Source: Eledone cirrhosa (Eukaryota). From it: a DNA stretch of 64,000 nucleotides. The translations under genes and the position numbers were made by a program. The notes under the pieces were generated by a model. It worked only from the letters and a program-made list of their open reading frames with translations. It did not search any database and had not been told where the DNA came from. The DNA lies in assembly GCA_964016885.1 (NCBI GenBank), contig OZ024740.1:437658001-437722000 (forward strand). The letters run 5' to 3'. Shown piece by piece: positions 35,897 to 50,687 of this stretch (positions are counted from its first letter, which is position 1; each line of letters starts with the position of its first letter).

Positions 35897-37020
35897 TGCA
35901 TGGTGGTGTATTAGTTAGACATGGAGGTGTATTAGACATGGATGTGTATTAGTTAGACATGGTGGTGTATTAGTTAGACATGGGGGTGTATTAGACATGG
36001 TGGTGTATTAGACATGGAGGTGTATTAGACATGGTGGTGTATTAGTTAGACATGGAGGTGTATTAGACATGGAGGTGTATTAGACATGGTGGTGTATTAG
36101 ACATGGTGATGTATTAGATATGGTGGTGTATTAGTTAGACATGGAGGTGTATTAGACATGGTGGTGTATTAGTTAGACATGGAGGTGTATTAAACATGGT
36201 GGTGTATTAGTTAGACATGGAGGTGTATTAGTTAGACATGGAGGTGTATTAGACATGGAGGTGTATTAGACATAGTGGTGTATTAGTTAGATATGGAGGT
36301 GTATTAGACATGGTGATGTATTAGTTAGACATGGAGGTGTATTAGACATGGTGGTGTATTAGTTAGACATGGAGGTGTATTAGACATGGTGGTGTATTAG
36401 ACATGGAGGTGTATTAGACATGGTGGTGTATTAGACATGGTGATGTATTAGTTAGACATGGTGGTGTATTAAACATGGAGGTGTATTAGACATGGTGGTG
36501 TATTAGTTAGATATGGAGGTGTATTAGACATGGAGGTGTATTAGATATGAGTGGTGTATTAGATAAGGTGATGTAGTAGTTAGACATGGAGGTGTATTAG
36601 ACAGGGTGGTGTATTAGTTAGACATGGTGGTGTATTATATATGGAGGTGTATTAGACATGGTGGTGTATTAGACATGGTGGTGTATTAGACATGGAGGTG
36701 TATTAGACATGGTGGTGTATTAGACATGGTGGTGTATTAGATATGGTGGTGTATTAGTTAGACATGGAGGTGTATTAGACATGGTGGTGTATTAGATATG
36801 GTGGTGTATTAGATATGGTGGTGTATTAGTTAGACATGGTGGTGTATTAGACATGGAGGTGTATTAGATATGGAGGTGTATTAGACATGGTGGTGTATTA
36901 GATATGGAGGTGTATTAGACATGGAGGTGTATTAGACATGGAGGTGTATTAGACATGGTGGTGTATTAGTTAGACATGATGGTTTATTAGACATGGAGGT
37001 GTATTAGTTAGTCATGGAGG
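35897..37020. repeat. 17/21-bp minisatellite (ttagacatgg[t/a]ggtgta with optional ttag)
   Basis: Direct tandem repeats. Confidence 0.95.
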
Positions 37021-37611
37021 TTGTGATGATATGATTTGTTTTAAAGCATCACTTTTGTCTCTTTGATTTGATTCCTTTTTATTCTTATTCGTTGTATTCG
37101 TTCTGTTCTTGTTTGTTGTATTGTTGACCCATACTAATTTCTTCTCTTATTGACTCTTTCTATATTATTCTTAGATTGAATAAAAACCTTTGATTTGGTA
37201 CAAAATAATACAACAGAGGTGTATTAGCAAGAGAAAATAACACTATGACTGCATCACATCTAAAATGGAAGTCTAGTTTACTGCAAATGTTCACAGTGAT
37301 CTCTCCACTCGTAAAGAAGAACACCATCCATATAGAAGGTTCTTTTAAATGAAAATCTTCCCTAACCATAGAAAACCTATCAAGAAAGGGTCAGAAGGAT
37401 CCTTCAGTTTTGTCAAAAACCTTCCTACTGCCATAATATAATTCACTCAGTAGCACATGGGACTGTATGCAAACAAGAAGGCCACCATGAGTGATATAGA
37501 TTACTGGTGGGAGAAGACTTATCTCTAAGTAAGATCTTCCTTCCATCTAATCTATGTGTATCTGTAAAATTAGGTATATTTTAGCATTGAAATTTTTAAA
37601 TCTATGTGATA

Positions 37612-37820
37612 ATAATAATAATTGTTTCTGCTATAGGCACAAGACCAAACATTTTAAGGGAAGGGAAAGTTGATTAAATTGATTCCAGTGCATGACTGAT
37701 ACTTTAGGATGAAAGGCAAAGGTGACCATGGCAGGATTTGAACTCAGAATGTAAAGGGCCATAACTATGCTGCAAAGCATGTTGTCTGATGCTCTACTAA
37801 TTCTGCCAATCTACCACCCT
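37612..37820 (-). mobile_element. Meta-domain-like SINE
   Basis: Similar to other copies (ggatgaaaggcaaag...gatttgaactcagaatgtaaag...ttctgccaatc). Confidence 0.7.
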
Positions 37821-37924
37821 ATAATACTAATGATTTCTTTATCATTTATTTATTAATAATAGTTTCTTACGTAAACATGAAGCATAAGAATGAGAATTGG
37901 GATTAAAGTTTGTGACATGTATGT

Positions 37925-38285
37925 CATATCCTTCCCTACAGTACTAACAACATAATGTTATTCCATGCTACATCCTTCCCTGCAGTAATAATAACAGCAG
38001 TAATGTTATTCCATGCTATATCCTTCCCTGCAGTAATAATAACAGCAGTAATGTTATTCCATACTATATCCTTCCCTGCAGTAATAATAACAACAGTAAT
38101 GTTATTCCATGATATATCCTTCCCTACAATACTAACAACATAATGTTATTGCATGCTATATCCTTCCCTGCAGTAATAATAACAGCAGTAATGTTATTCC
38201 ATGCTATATCCTTCCCTGCAGTAATAATAACAGCAGTAACGTTATTCCATGCTATATCCTTCCCTACAGTACTAACATGTTGTTA
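37925..38285. repeat. 48-bp minisatellite
   Basis: taatgttattccatgctatatccttccctgcagtaataataacagcag repeated. Confidence 0.9.
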
Positions 38286-41211
38286 TTCCAACTTGGTTGT
38301 AAATTCAGTTCACCACAAACCTACAGTTTACCATGTTGCCAGTCACAATCATTAGTAGTGGCAGCAACAACTACAACAACAACAACATTATATTCTAACT
38401 AGTTTCTGTTCAGTTTTAAACATTTGTCCCTGTGTGTAAGTATATATTTCTCACACTGCCATATTTTTCTGTCTATGCCATTAACAATGTTATTTAAGTT
38501 AACTGAAATGAAACCGATATGACTAGTTTACTGTAAGAATGAAAGCCATGCACACAACTCACACATACATCAACCTTCTAATAGAGTTGCTCTTCACAAA
38601 AGGATCTCTAAAGCAACAGAAAAAAGATTGTGTGTTTATATTAAATTTCTCTAGGGAGCAATTATTGCTGGTAATCTCACTTGGAATTTCCAATTAGAAA
38701 TAGCCTATCTCCCACTTGATAATTCTGATAAACAAATTTTTTTTATCCTTCTAGCAAGAAGAGGAAAGAGAGGGTTTGAGAGAGGAAACGAGAGAAAGAG
38801 AGAGAGAGTTGGAGAGAGGAAATGGGAGAGGGAGAGTTGGAGAGAGAGATAGAGGGGTGAAGCTGTCTCTCTAATTGTATAGATTTGTTTCACATTTTAT
38901 CAAAAGTTTTTTCCAATAACAACTTTTTTTGTTACTTTATTTTTTCAAATCATTTATATTCTTTATCATTATTATTATTATTTATTACCAGCAATTCTCT
39001 TGTGATGAAAATGACCATTTTTGTCAGCCTCTTTTATATCAGACTTAGCTCCCAATCTGATTTCTGCTTCCAGAATCAATCATTCATGACATCTTTGACC
39101 TTTTAGGAAACATATTTATTGTTTGATCTTTGAATGTTCATCTTATATTTTCAGCTTTCTAACAGTTCTGTCATCTTTCCCCCAATCTAATCTCATTTTT
39201 CTGTTTACTTAGTTTCAAAACAATCTTTATATTATTCTAAAGAATAATATAAAAATATTATGTAGATTTTATTTTATATTTTTCTTTCATTCAGCTATAT
39301 ATTTTCTTTATTTTTACTATTTTGTTTTTCTGCTTCTGTGACAAATATTCAATCACAAACCTGTCACTCCTTCTCACTATTTAGTTTATAGAAACAAACT
39401 CCAGACTTCCTCAAAGGCCTCTTTGCATTATGAAGCATGTTATGTAAATAAAATATTGTTATAAATCACGCAACACTATTAACATGAAACTACATCTGCT
39501 AAATATCTCCCCTCTTGTGTGTCAGTAGATGTATGTGTGCCCTTCACATTATATTTTTATAATAGTCTAAACAGTTTCTTTTAAAGTCTTGCTCCTTTAT
39601 TAACTAGAGTTTATGCTAAATGTGTTCATTATAGTAAATTAAAAAAAAGTCCATTTCAGAATGTGAACATGTTTTCCTAAATTTAACATAACTTTTTCTA
39701 TTGATTCTCTCAGTTAATATTGTAGTCGAGAATAAAAGATAACTTGTCATAATTCATCAATAATCTTGTTCTATTATTTTTCTGGTCAGTAATGGAAAGA
39801 GGAAGTGTATGATTCCAATAAAAATATCTCTTTCAGTGGAATTTTATTGTTTCAATTGAAATAGAATAATTGTAGGGTTTAACTCTTAACATCCTGTACC
39901 ACATTAAAACCACATTAGCCAGACTTTCAAAACAGCACTATAACTGCAGCACATTAAAAATTAAAGTCTTTACTTTAATGCTGCAATTTATTTTTACAAA
40001 CTTTTGAATTCAGAAACATGTTTTTGAATATTTTCCGCCGCTAAATCATTAGAGGATGTTAAAAGTTTAACCACATTTGTCAGGGGTTCAATTTTTATTA
40101 CAACCATGTAGTGTTTCAGGCTAACAAATGCATCTCTACTCCTCTGACTTTACTGATTACTGGTATTTTTACATAGATTCAAGGTTCCAGATGTGTATTG
40201 GTGGGCAACAAACCATGGTCGATGATTTGCTGTGAGCATCACTCACTCTATGCCACTTGCTGTGAAGGTTAAACGACCAAAATATTCATAAAAACAGTTT
40301 AATTCTGCATTTATTATATAATATTCATCACTTCCAACTGCAAATAATCATGTACAGTTGGTCCACATCTCACATGGTCAGTTGGTTCACCAGACCCTCA
40401 CCTTATTGAAAAACCACATATGTTCACCACCCTTACACTTTATATGTCAAGTCTCCAATATCCAAATGGTTAAATGTCAACAGAAGGGCACCCAGGAGTT
40501 ATGATCTGGATATGGCCTGGCCCTCTTAAAGTGTAAGAAGTTAAGGGCCAAAATTCTTACTTGAGGGGTTTCTTCTCTGAAGATCTGCTGTACAGCTCTC
40601 CCAAGATTTTCTTACCACTTCTTACCATTTACTAGTAAGAGTTTAGAGTTTCCTCCCTTACCAATGGTGGTATAGTTTCTTGAAGAACATATTACATTAA
40701 ATATTTTTTTAATGTATTTTACAATTGTGTTATTCAAAACTGCACAAGATGCGGCTTCACTCATTGTACTTTCATTCACTTAATTATCATCTATATTTTT
40801 AAGATTGGCTATGTGGGATTAGTGTCAATGTCTTAATATAAAGATCCAGGTACGGCTATGTGATTAAGAAGAGATGTTTTCAGGTAGTTTGATACCAAAC
40901 AAGTTAAATAATATCCAACTATAAAATTGCCGACTATTCCTAAAATCATCTGAGTCAATCAAATCTACTGAATATCATATTTCTATAATGTCTTTAGTTG
41001 AGCTTTGTATTTAACCTCAACAATGGATTTTAATATGTTGCATGTGTTGCAGAAGACCTTGAGTGGAAGATTTCATCAGTCATCACTAAGTCCTTCTCTT
41101 GAGCACCTTTAATGGAGTCTACCCTGTTACAAACATTCGGGCTATGATAGCATTCTCATTTCTCTCCACACACATGCACGCACGCACGCACACACACACA
41201 CACACACACAC

Positions 41212-41920
41212 AGTGATGTTGTTGTACAACTAGAGACAGTTGTGATGTTGTTGTACAATTAGAGACAGTTGTGATGTTGTACAACTAGAGACAGTTGTGA
41301 TGTTGTTGTACAACTAGGGACAGTTGTGATGTTGTTGTACAACTAGGGACAGTTGTGATGTTGTACAACTAGGGACAGTTGTGATGTTGTTGTACAACTA
41401 GAGACAGTTGTGATGTTGTACAACTAGAGACAGTTGTGATGTTGTTGTACAACTAGGGACAGTTGTGATGTTGTACAACTAGAGACAGTTGTGATGTTGT
41501 ACAACTAGAGACAGTTGTGATGTACAACTAGGGACAGTTGTGATGTTGTTGTACAACTAGAGACAGTTGTGATGTTGTACAACTAGAGACAGTTGTGATG
41601 TTGTACAACTAGAGACAGTTGTGATGTTGTACAACTAGAGACAGTTGTGATTTTGTTGTACAACTAGGGACAGTTGTGATGTTGTTGTACAACTAGAGAC
41701 AGTTGTGATGTTGTACAACTAGAGACAGTTGTGATGTACAAATTAGGGACAGTTGTGATGTTGTTGTACAACTAGGGACAGTTGTGATGTTGTTGTACAA
41801 CTAGAGACAGTTGTGATGTTGTTGTACAACTAGGGACAGTTGTGATGTTGTTGTACAACTAGGGACAGTTGTGATGTTGTTGTACAACTAGGGACAGTTG
41901 TGATGTTGTTGTACAACTAG
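41212..41920. repeat. 23/26/29-bp minisatellite (tgtga[tgt]ntgtacaactag[a/g]gacagt)
   Basis: Direct tandem repeats following a (CA)n tract. Confidence 0.95.
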
Positions 41921-42059
41921 AAGCTGTATCAGACAAGATTTTTGAGGTTTTTTTCCAAATCATTTTCTTCTGAAGAACAATTTTTTGTCTACTTGTGATT
42001 GCTACTAATTTGTAAAGCCTGCTGTATAATTATCAAATTTCAGTTCTTCTAAGCTGGTT

Positions 42060-42655
42060 TTAATAATGGTTTCTAATTTAGGCACAAGCCAATAATTTGG
42101 GGGGAGGGGAAAGTTAATTAAATCAACCCCAGTGTGTTACTGGTACTTTATTTGATTGACCCCGTAAGGCAAAAGATAATCATGACAAGATTTGAACTCA
42201 AAACATAAAGGACCATAGCTAAATACCACAAAGCATGTTGTCCAATGCTCTACCGATTCTGCCAATCCACCGCCATACTAAGTTGGTTTTATTAATAAAG
42301 ATTATCAATTGATGTTAATTGATACTTCACTAAAATCAAGATTTTTTTACTTTTTAATTCTTTTTTTCAGTCCTCAACCATTATCATCACCCCATTTCAC
42401 TCCATATTTATGTTGGCATGGCATGGATGGGTTGTCTTGATCTGAGACTGGTCACAGAACCACAGTTTGATTATATGTTTTACAATAATGGTTTCTGATT
42501 TAGACACAAGGTCAACAATTTTTGGGGAGGAGAAAGTTGATTAAAATCTACCCCAGTACATTACTGGTACTTTATTTTATTGACCCTGTAAGGATGAAAG
42601 GCAAAGCTAATCTTAGCATGATTTGAACTCTACCGATTCAGCCAATCCACTGCCC
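42060..42655 (-). mobile_element. Two Meta-domain-like SINE copies (42060-42275 and 42485-42655); another at 43310-43510
   Basis: Shared ccccagt...ctggtactttattttattgac core. Confidence 0.7.
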
Positions 42656-42659
42656 ATGT

Positions 42660-43000
42660 TCATCATCATCATCATCATCATTTTACGTCCGCTTTTTCCT
42701 TCTTGCAAGGGTGGGATGGAAACTGATTCTGGCTTGATTTCTACAGTGAGTGCTGGGTGCTTCTTTTCCGTGGTGCCTACACGTCCACTTTACAGTGTGG
42801 GCTGGGTGCTCCACGACCACTTTGCAGTGGAATGATAGGGACCCCAGTCCCTATCATCTCATTTCTACAGCTGAGTAAACTGGAGCAATGTGAAATAAAG
42901 TGTCTTGCTCAAGGAAACAACACATCACCCGGTCTGAGAATTGAACTCACAACCTTTTGATTGCAAGGCCAATGCTCTAATCACTAAGCCATGTACCTCC
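42660..43000 (-). mobile_element. CORE-like tRNA-derived SINE with RTE family C tail
   Basis: Reverse complement has the tRNA-like head (tggcttagtg-ttagagc...gagttcaattct), a CORE-like ccttgagcaagacactt...cagtttactcagctgtagaaatg segment, and the tail cccacccttgcaag. Confidence 0.8.
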
Positions 43001-45039
43001 ATAATAATGAATTATATTTTAAAGACTAATTATTAATTAAACTTTTCTTGGGAGTTCAACCCAACTTTATAAGTTTCGGTTCAAGGCTCAGATTAATAAT
43101 TAGAGTAACTAAAAGGTGACAAATTAGTAATTAGAGCATTAGATTAGATGTTTTGTGGTATTAGTTTTGGTTCTCTGTGCCCAAGTTCAAAATCCTGTCA
43201 ATGTCAGCTTGGCCTTCCATCTTTTTGAAGATAAAGTTCCATTCCAATGACAGTAGATTGTGGTATAAGTTCAAAATCTATGCAAACATAAGAAAATATT
43301 GATTTTTTACTGAGGCACAAGGTCAGCAAATTTGGGGGAAAGGTAAAGTTGATTAAATCAACCCCAGTACTTCACTGGTACTTTATTTTATTGACACAAG
43401 AAAAATGAAAGGCAAAGTTGATCTTGGCATGATTTGGATACAGAATAAAAGATCCAGACCAAATACTGCAATGGCATTTTATCTGACACTCTCTACTAAT
43501 TCTGCCTCATATAGAAAATATTGGCAACCTACCACATTTACTTGATCAACTACACATTCAAATGGCTGCATAAAAATGGTATTGTACTGCCATGAGAGAA
43601 GCTACACTGTGAAGAGAGTGGTGGTTCCCCAGCATGGCCTCATCCCCTTGACTAGAAAACATGATGGAGTAAGAAGTAATGAATAACTATATGCTAGACA
43701 TGGAGATGATAGAAAGGAAATAAATGGTAAAAGTTATACACATGGTATTGTACTGCCATGAGAGAAGCTACACTGGGAAGAAAGTATGCTAAGAAGGCAA
43801 GGAGTAATATGCTAGACATGGAGATGATAGAAAGGAAATAAATGGTAAAAGTTGTGCACAGACTAAGGAGAATATTTTTTAAATGATAGGACAGTCAGAA
43901 GAGACTGGGTGGATACCATTTCTAAAAACGAGTAATTTGAAAGAGATGAGAAGAAAAGGTTATAGAATTACATACTGACATTGTAGGTTGATGTAATAAA
44001 CCACCATTGGTATGTGTAGTAATGCCAACTCTAAATTGTTTAGATACATTGTAGTGAAGGAGGGGGGTTAATGAAACTATAGTGGGGCACAAAGGAAATC
44101 AAAATAACTGGTCGATGTACACAGGAGATAAACTAATAATGAATTGAATAAAAACCTGACTTTGATAAGAGAACCATGTAGGATCTGAAAAAATATTTTT
44201 ATGAATGTATCAACTCACATTAAAATGCTAAGCATGACAGCTGAATAATGTATAAGACCTCAGTGCTCTCTTTTTCACTCTTCAGATAACTTTTTGTCTC
44301 TCTTTGTCTACTTCTGGCTAACAATAATTCTCTACAGTGTTTCTCTGTCATAGTCAGGTTCTTGACATTTATCAGATAACTCTTTAAAGTACTTATATGA
44401 CCAATTCAATGTTTTGCTATTACATGTAAAGAAATTACTTCAGATAAATACATCTACAATTTATTATTTATATACAAACAGAAATAAAACATATTCCTAC
44501 ATAATCACATAGAACCCTGGCGTTATGTCTTCCAGTAGTTTTATGTTATAAATAAAACACATTAATGTAAAAACTTTCTTGGTAGCTTCTATAAATAAAG
44601 TTTTTAAAAAAATTATCTTTTCCCAAACTGTAAGGATATATAGAGTACTCTCTGGTCTAAAATAATAAGGGGTGGCATTGGAATAAGTGGTGGGGGGACC
44701 GATAATTTTTCTAGGTTGTCTCCCTTGATTTTTTTAAAAACCGGAATTAGTTGTTTAGTTTACATATTGAAACCCCAACCCATCCTATTTATTTTATAAC
44801 GTATGAGATTTCTAGTAATGATCTTTTTGTCGTGTATAATATTTTTTAATGTATAAAGAAAATTTATTATCACAAGAATACTAACACTTAAAATAATATT
44901 TCGCCAGAGATAGATTAGCAGAATTTAGTAAGCAGAAGATGGGGTGGAATAAAGGTGGGTTGGAAAAATCTGAAAAATTAATAAGCAGAAGGGGACAATT
45001 ATTTGAGACCCAAGAGTATGTGCTGAAGTTTCTATAACA

Positions 45040-45215
45040 TTAACCCTTTTGAAACCAAACCACCTGAAACCACACCTGGTATTATGATACAAAACTCTTT
45101 TAAAGTGTTGATATTTATCTAAAAATCTTCCAACATAATTTTGCATAGGAACCTTTGTTAAGTTATGTTCCAAACACCACTTTAATGAGAAAGTGACGTT
45201 GCTAAGCCCCTCTAA
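45040..45215 (-). mobile_element. piggyBac-type non-autonomous element, one terminus
   Basis: TTAA|CCCTTTTGAAACCA terminus. The body matches the 6507 family in reverse orientation. Confidence 0.6.
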
Positions 45216-45306
45216 ATTATATATATAGCATGGATGATGGATGTTAAACAATGATGATGATATATATTTTTTATTTTTTTTATTTTATTAAGGCGAAGTA
45301 GTGAGT

Positions 45307-45354
45307 CTTGATACTCTGGAGTTTCACCTGTTTATCACAGGGTCATCAGACAAG
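45307..45354 (-). ncRNA. Minimal type I hammerhead ribozyme
   Basis: Minus strand: cttgt-CTGATGA-c-cctgt-gataa-acagg-t-GAAA-ctc-ca-gag-TA-tcaag. Confidence 0.8.
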
Positions 45355-45475
45355 GACTCATTTCTCTCATCCATCAACTACATATGGATATATGTGTGTA
45401 TGTAGGATCCCAATATAAATTGGGAGATGACCACTTTTAATAAAGGTACTCAATACATTAGTAGAGTATAGGTCT

Positions 45476-45611
45476 ATTCATTTTATTATAGAAATGACTT
45501 CTATAGCTGTAGAACTGTTTCATTTATAAGAAATCATCAGGAAAGTTCAATGATTTCTTATGAATGAAACAGTTCTGGTCCTGTAGAAGTCATTTCAATA
45601 ATAAAATGAAT
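45476..45611. ncRNA. Inverted repeat whose arms carry a hammerhead (minus arm 45498-45544 complete, plus arm lacks the CTG)
   Basis: Composite of the two arms: ttc-CTGATGA-t-ttc-ttat-gaa-t-GAAA-cag-(8 nt)-ctg-TA-gaa. A related half-motif lies at 63325-63381. Confidence 0.6.
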
Positions 45612-45642
45612 TATATATGTATGTGTATATATATATATATAT

Positions 45643-45785
45643 AAACAAAGATGGTGTGGTAAGATACCAGGTGGACCATAACGCATCGGAGTACTCAATA
45701 CTTGGGGTAGTAGAGTGGGTAATATGAAAAGAGTCAGGACCCCAACAGCTGAGCTCCGGCCATTTCGACAGCTAACCCGAACTTG
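45643..45785 (-). mobile_element. Diverged copy of the half-hammerhead element
   Basis: Similar to 8088-8205. Confidence 0.7.
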
Positions 45786-45789
45786 GATA

Positions 45790-46170
45790 TCATCATCATC
45801 ATCACCATTTTTACGTCCGTTCTTCCACGCTAGCATGAGTTAGACGGGTTGTCCTGTTGTGGGCAGTGTCCAGTCGGCTGACCTTATCTTGCTCATACGG
45901 GAACTGATTCTGGCTTGATTTCTACAGCTGGATGCCCTTCCTAGCACCAACCTCATTTACAGTGAGTGCTGGGTGCTTTTTTGCCGTGGTACCTCCACAA
46001 CCACTTTGCAGTGGAATGATAGGGACCCCAGTCCCTATCATCTCATTTCTACAGCTGAGTAAACTGGAACAATGTGAAATAAAGTGTCTTGCTCAAGGAA
46101 ACAACACATCACCCGGTCTGAGAATTGAACTCACAACCTTTCGATTGCAAGCCCAATGCTCTAACCACCA
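45790..46170 (-). mobile_element. CORE-like SINE with RTE family B-like tail
   Basis: Reverse-complement match to the 54570-54930 copy. Confidence 0.85.
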
Positions 46171-46237
46171 ATATATATCATCATCATCATCATCATCAAC
46201 ACCATTTTACGTCCGTTCTTCCTCGCTAGCATGGATA

Positions 46238-46304
<67 letters not shown>

Positions 46305-46330
46305 AGGCACATATATATATATATATATAT

Positions 46331-47030
<700 letters not shown>

Positions 47031-47104
47031 ATATATATATATATATATATCATCGTTAATTAGTTCTACTATATCATCATATGACAATCTTTGTGTATTA
47101 TCTT

Positions 47105-47275
47105 AGCAGTATCGGTAGAGGGTCGGATGCCATGCTTTGACTCATAGTTGCAGCCCTTGCCATTCTGAGTTCAAAACCCGCCAAGGTTACCTTAGCCTTT
47201 CATCCTTAAGGGGTCGATAAAATAAAGTACCAGTAATTCACTGGGTAATTGCTGGCCTTGTGCCAAACAATTATT
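47105..47275 (+). mobile_element. Meta-domain-like SINE
   Basis: gcagtatcggtagaggg...gcctttcatccttaaggggtcgataaaataaagtaccag. Confidence 0.8.
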
Positions 47276-47509
47276 TTATTTCATGTCACTATAGTAAACT
47301 TCTCGTTAAACCCCTCTTGTCATATTTAACAGAAATCTAAGATATGTAGTATTTTAAAATAAAACACTAGTATGTCACTTATATCCTGGGCCTAAAAACA
47401 AAAACTAAATTTAAAATATATGGTACTCTATATCATTCTATGTAAAATGAGTGTACTACGTATCTACCCGTATAGTATAGCTTGTATCCTTATTTTTCAT
47501 ATGATTATT

Positions 47510-47672
47510 GGGACCTCAGGCGTCCTTGGACCCCGTAGAGCTGAGCTCCTCCATAAAATCAGGATTTCAGCAGCCCATCTGAGGAAGGAGCCCTGCAAGG
47601 TGGAGTGGTTGTTGCAGTGGGTGTCGTTGGCCATTGTCTGCATAGAACCCATCACTCTCCTCTCTACCCCCT
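47510..47672 (+). mobile_element. CRE-like retroelement extreme 3' fragment
   Basis: GTSGVLGPRRAELLHKI...EPCKVEWLLQWVSLAIV is homologous to the translations at 30-190 and 10720-10870. Confidence 0.65.
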
Positions 47673-50231
47673 CCCTTTCTTCCGTGGCCTAATGATCCTT
47701 GCTTTTCGCCCCTTTTCCTCTCATTTATGATATTTATAGTCCTTTCCTCTACTTTCTTAGACAGTCGGATCTGCCCTTCTTTACCTTCTGAAATTGCTGA
47801 TTTCATGTCTTAAGTTATAGTTTTGAGACAAAATATATAATATAAGATAGTTCTTTGTCAGAATGAGATTTTTTTTGTCTTTTAATGATGTTGTATATCA
47901 TTTTTTATCTTTACAATAATCTGTCAGATACTTTTCTGTTTTATTCACTCTCACTCAAATCTATTATCAAACAATAATCAACAGCTGAAATGTAAGAGAA
48001 TATATAACATATGGTATCTTCATTATAAAACACTGTTGTTACAGTTAAATCAACAGTAGTAACACTTAGTGCCATGGACTCCACAGTTTATGTGATATCA
48101 CTTCTGCCATTACAAAAGTAAAATATCTAGATTCTGGTTGAAGCAATTGTTTTTCTAAAACCTCCTAGAAAGAAGAAACAATTTATAATTCTACACCCAT
48201 TATTTTCTCATTGCCTTTCATCTTAAAGAAATTCAAAATATATCCACAATTTTAACATACAATGAGGGAATTGAACATGTGATGGTTCCGTTCCTAAAAC
48301 AAACACATATTGGAATACTTTTTGGGAAGAAGACTCTAATTTTTCTCTTTTATTTTTATATATGTTTATTTTAATTCTTACATTGAACTACCTAGGTTAC
48401 TTTGGTAAGTGACAAAATTGGCGCTATGTGTATAGTTCTACCACACCTGACATGCATATATTTATTCCCTTAAAAGCAAATGGCATATTTAGATGTGTTA
48501 TTAAATTTTCATTCCATCCTCGATTACATCAAGACAAATTCTTTGAGTTTTCTCTGAGGATAGAGAATAGAGAAGCAAAACTACTTATACCTCTAGAGGT
48601 CCACCAATCATGGCACATTTTAGTTCTCTATCAGCAAATTCTTCCCAATGGAAAGAATTGATGCTATTAGTGTATACAACATGAGCGATATCACTTTATT
48701 TCCCAACTGACTTCTCAACCTGTGTAGGTTTACTAAACTTGAATCAGTAATTATTTGTATTCCTCATATATACTGCTTCAACTTCTACTCTCTATGTTAT
48801 TTCTACCTCCACACTTTATAGATTCTCACAAACTTTCTTGCCAGTCGATGGCTGCTAGGTAATAATGGTCATAGTTAGAATTTACAACTTTCAAAATTTT
48901 CACAACAAAATATATATTTTTAAAGATTTTTCTATTTATATTAATTTCATGATTAAGTCTTCAGAGAAATCCATTTTGAGTCAATAGATTATTACTAAGA
49001 TTACTTTTACACATATTTTTTCCTATTATTTTGCATAATATTTTCTGAATTTTCCCATTAGAGATTAAATTTTAGCTGTTTATTTTATGGTAGAAATACC
49101 TTCTTTGGGGGTATTTTATGTTTTGTTTGTTTTTTAATCCTTTGGAAAGTTTAAATTATGGTGACTGGTGCTTCTCTCATAGGCTTCTTGTTTTTCTTTA
49201 ATAACTTCTGAAGCTGCTTTCCTGTAGATGTTGCTCTTTAGAAGATCTCTCCATGTATGTTCTCGAAAATATTGACAGTGAATAAGTTAAATTATGATTA
49301 TTTTGAGAAAGTCTTCAGTTATTCAGTATTACAGCTTGGTCCTATTTCTCTTAATCATTGTAAAATGTGTTACTTCTTCAAAACTTCCATGTTTCCCCAA
49401 ATTCACCAACACTACACTTGATATTCCCCCTTCATACTCATGCACACATGCATGTCTGTGTGTATATCATGAATCCAGACATTTATACATTATTCTATGT
49501 ACTATACATGCACCTTTGATGAGTTGTAGTGCACCTGAGCACTGTACACAAAAATGTTATTATTATTATATCTCCTCCTTTTAAAGAGTTATACAGTAAA
49601 AAGCTCACTCGTCATATAGCTAAGAAGGCTTATATAAATTTATTTGAAAATATATTTTTTTCAATATGTATCCCAGTTTTTAGAATAGATACACCATATC
49701 CTTGCATGTAGTAAGAGGTAACTAAAAGGGTTCGTGTCATGAAGGTCATCCTTCAGCTGTAAAACTTTGTCTCAAAATAACCATCCAACCAATGGCGGTA
49801 TGAAAATGGAAATGTAAAAATTATGATGATGATATGTCAAAGTTGACCAAATCTTTGTGATACTATTGGGATATATGTCAACATCATCATCATCATTGTC
49901 ACTACCAACAGAAACAACATTATTTATGGTTTGAGAGATTGCTAATCAAAGGACCACTGAGTCAGCAATCACTTGTGGATCTGACCATAAGATTGAAGGC
50001 TTAACTCTGTTGTTTTTAAAAAAAATTCTTAGTGTTTCCCACTGCTACAATGTACAGAAGAATCTTTTGTACAGCTTAGTTATTAACCATTAGGCATCTA
50101 TAGCTCTAATTAAATACATTAATTAATGGAACATTTGGAAGAAGTTACTAAAATTATTATTTCATTATTAAGCTGGTGTTTGTAACTTATGTAAACATTT
50201 TTGTATCGAATTATTTTGGAAATATAAAACT

Positions 50232-50465
50232 ATGGCTTTCGGGAACATTTTTTCATGCCCAGAGTTGTTGAGGCATGGAACAAACTCCCTGCCTCAGTTG
50301 TTAGCTGTCAGGATAGTGCATCCTTCAAAACTTCCATGCTTCCTGAAATTCGCCACCACTACACCTGGTATTCCCCCTCCATACACACATGCATGTGTCT
50401 GTGTGTCTGTGTATATCATGACTCACTTTCCTTACATTTGTACATTATTCTATGTACTATACAGA
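50232..50465 (+). mobile_element. CR1-like LINE 3' fragment
   Basis: FFMPRVVEAWNKLPASVVSCQDSASFKT. Matches the reverse complement of 14450-14685. Confidence 0.75.
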
Positions 50466-50494
50466 TTTGAAATAAAATGGTTAAGCTACTTTGG

Positions 50495-50687
50495 CAGGCA
50501 TTGTGGATTGGCAGTATCGGTAGAGGGTTGGACGCCATGCTTTCCAGCATAGTTACATCCCTTTACGATCTGAGTTCAAATCCCGCCAAGGTTGACTTTG
50601 CCTTTCATCCTTACGGGGTCGATAAAATAAAGTACCAGTAATGCACTGGGTAATTGCTGGCCTTGTGCCTAAAGTAGAAACAATTAT
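50495..50687 (+). mobile_element. Meta-domain-like SINE
   Basis: Full-length consensus-like copy. Confidence 0.85.

Noticed and set aside
43576-43856. Local duplicated blocks of 35-50 bp
   Set aside because: It looks like a simple imperfect tandem duplication with no further structure.
48590-48720. Possible minus-strand exon bounded by ag...gt
   Set aside because: All three frames from the best acceptor contain stops and I recognised no protein similarity. Small host exons elsewhere cannot be excluded without RNA-seq.
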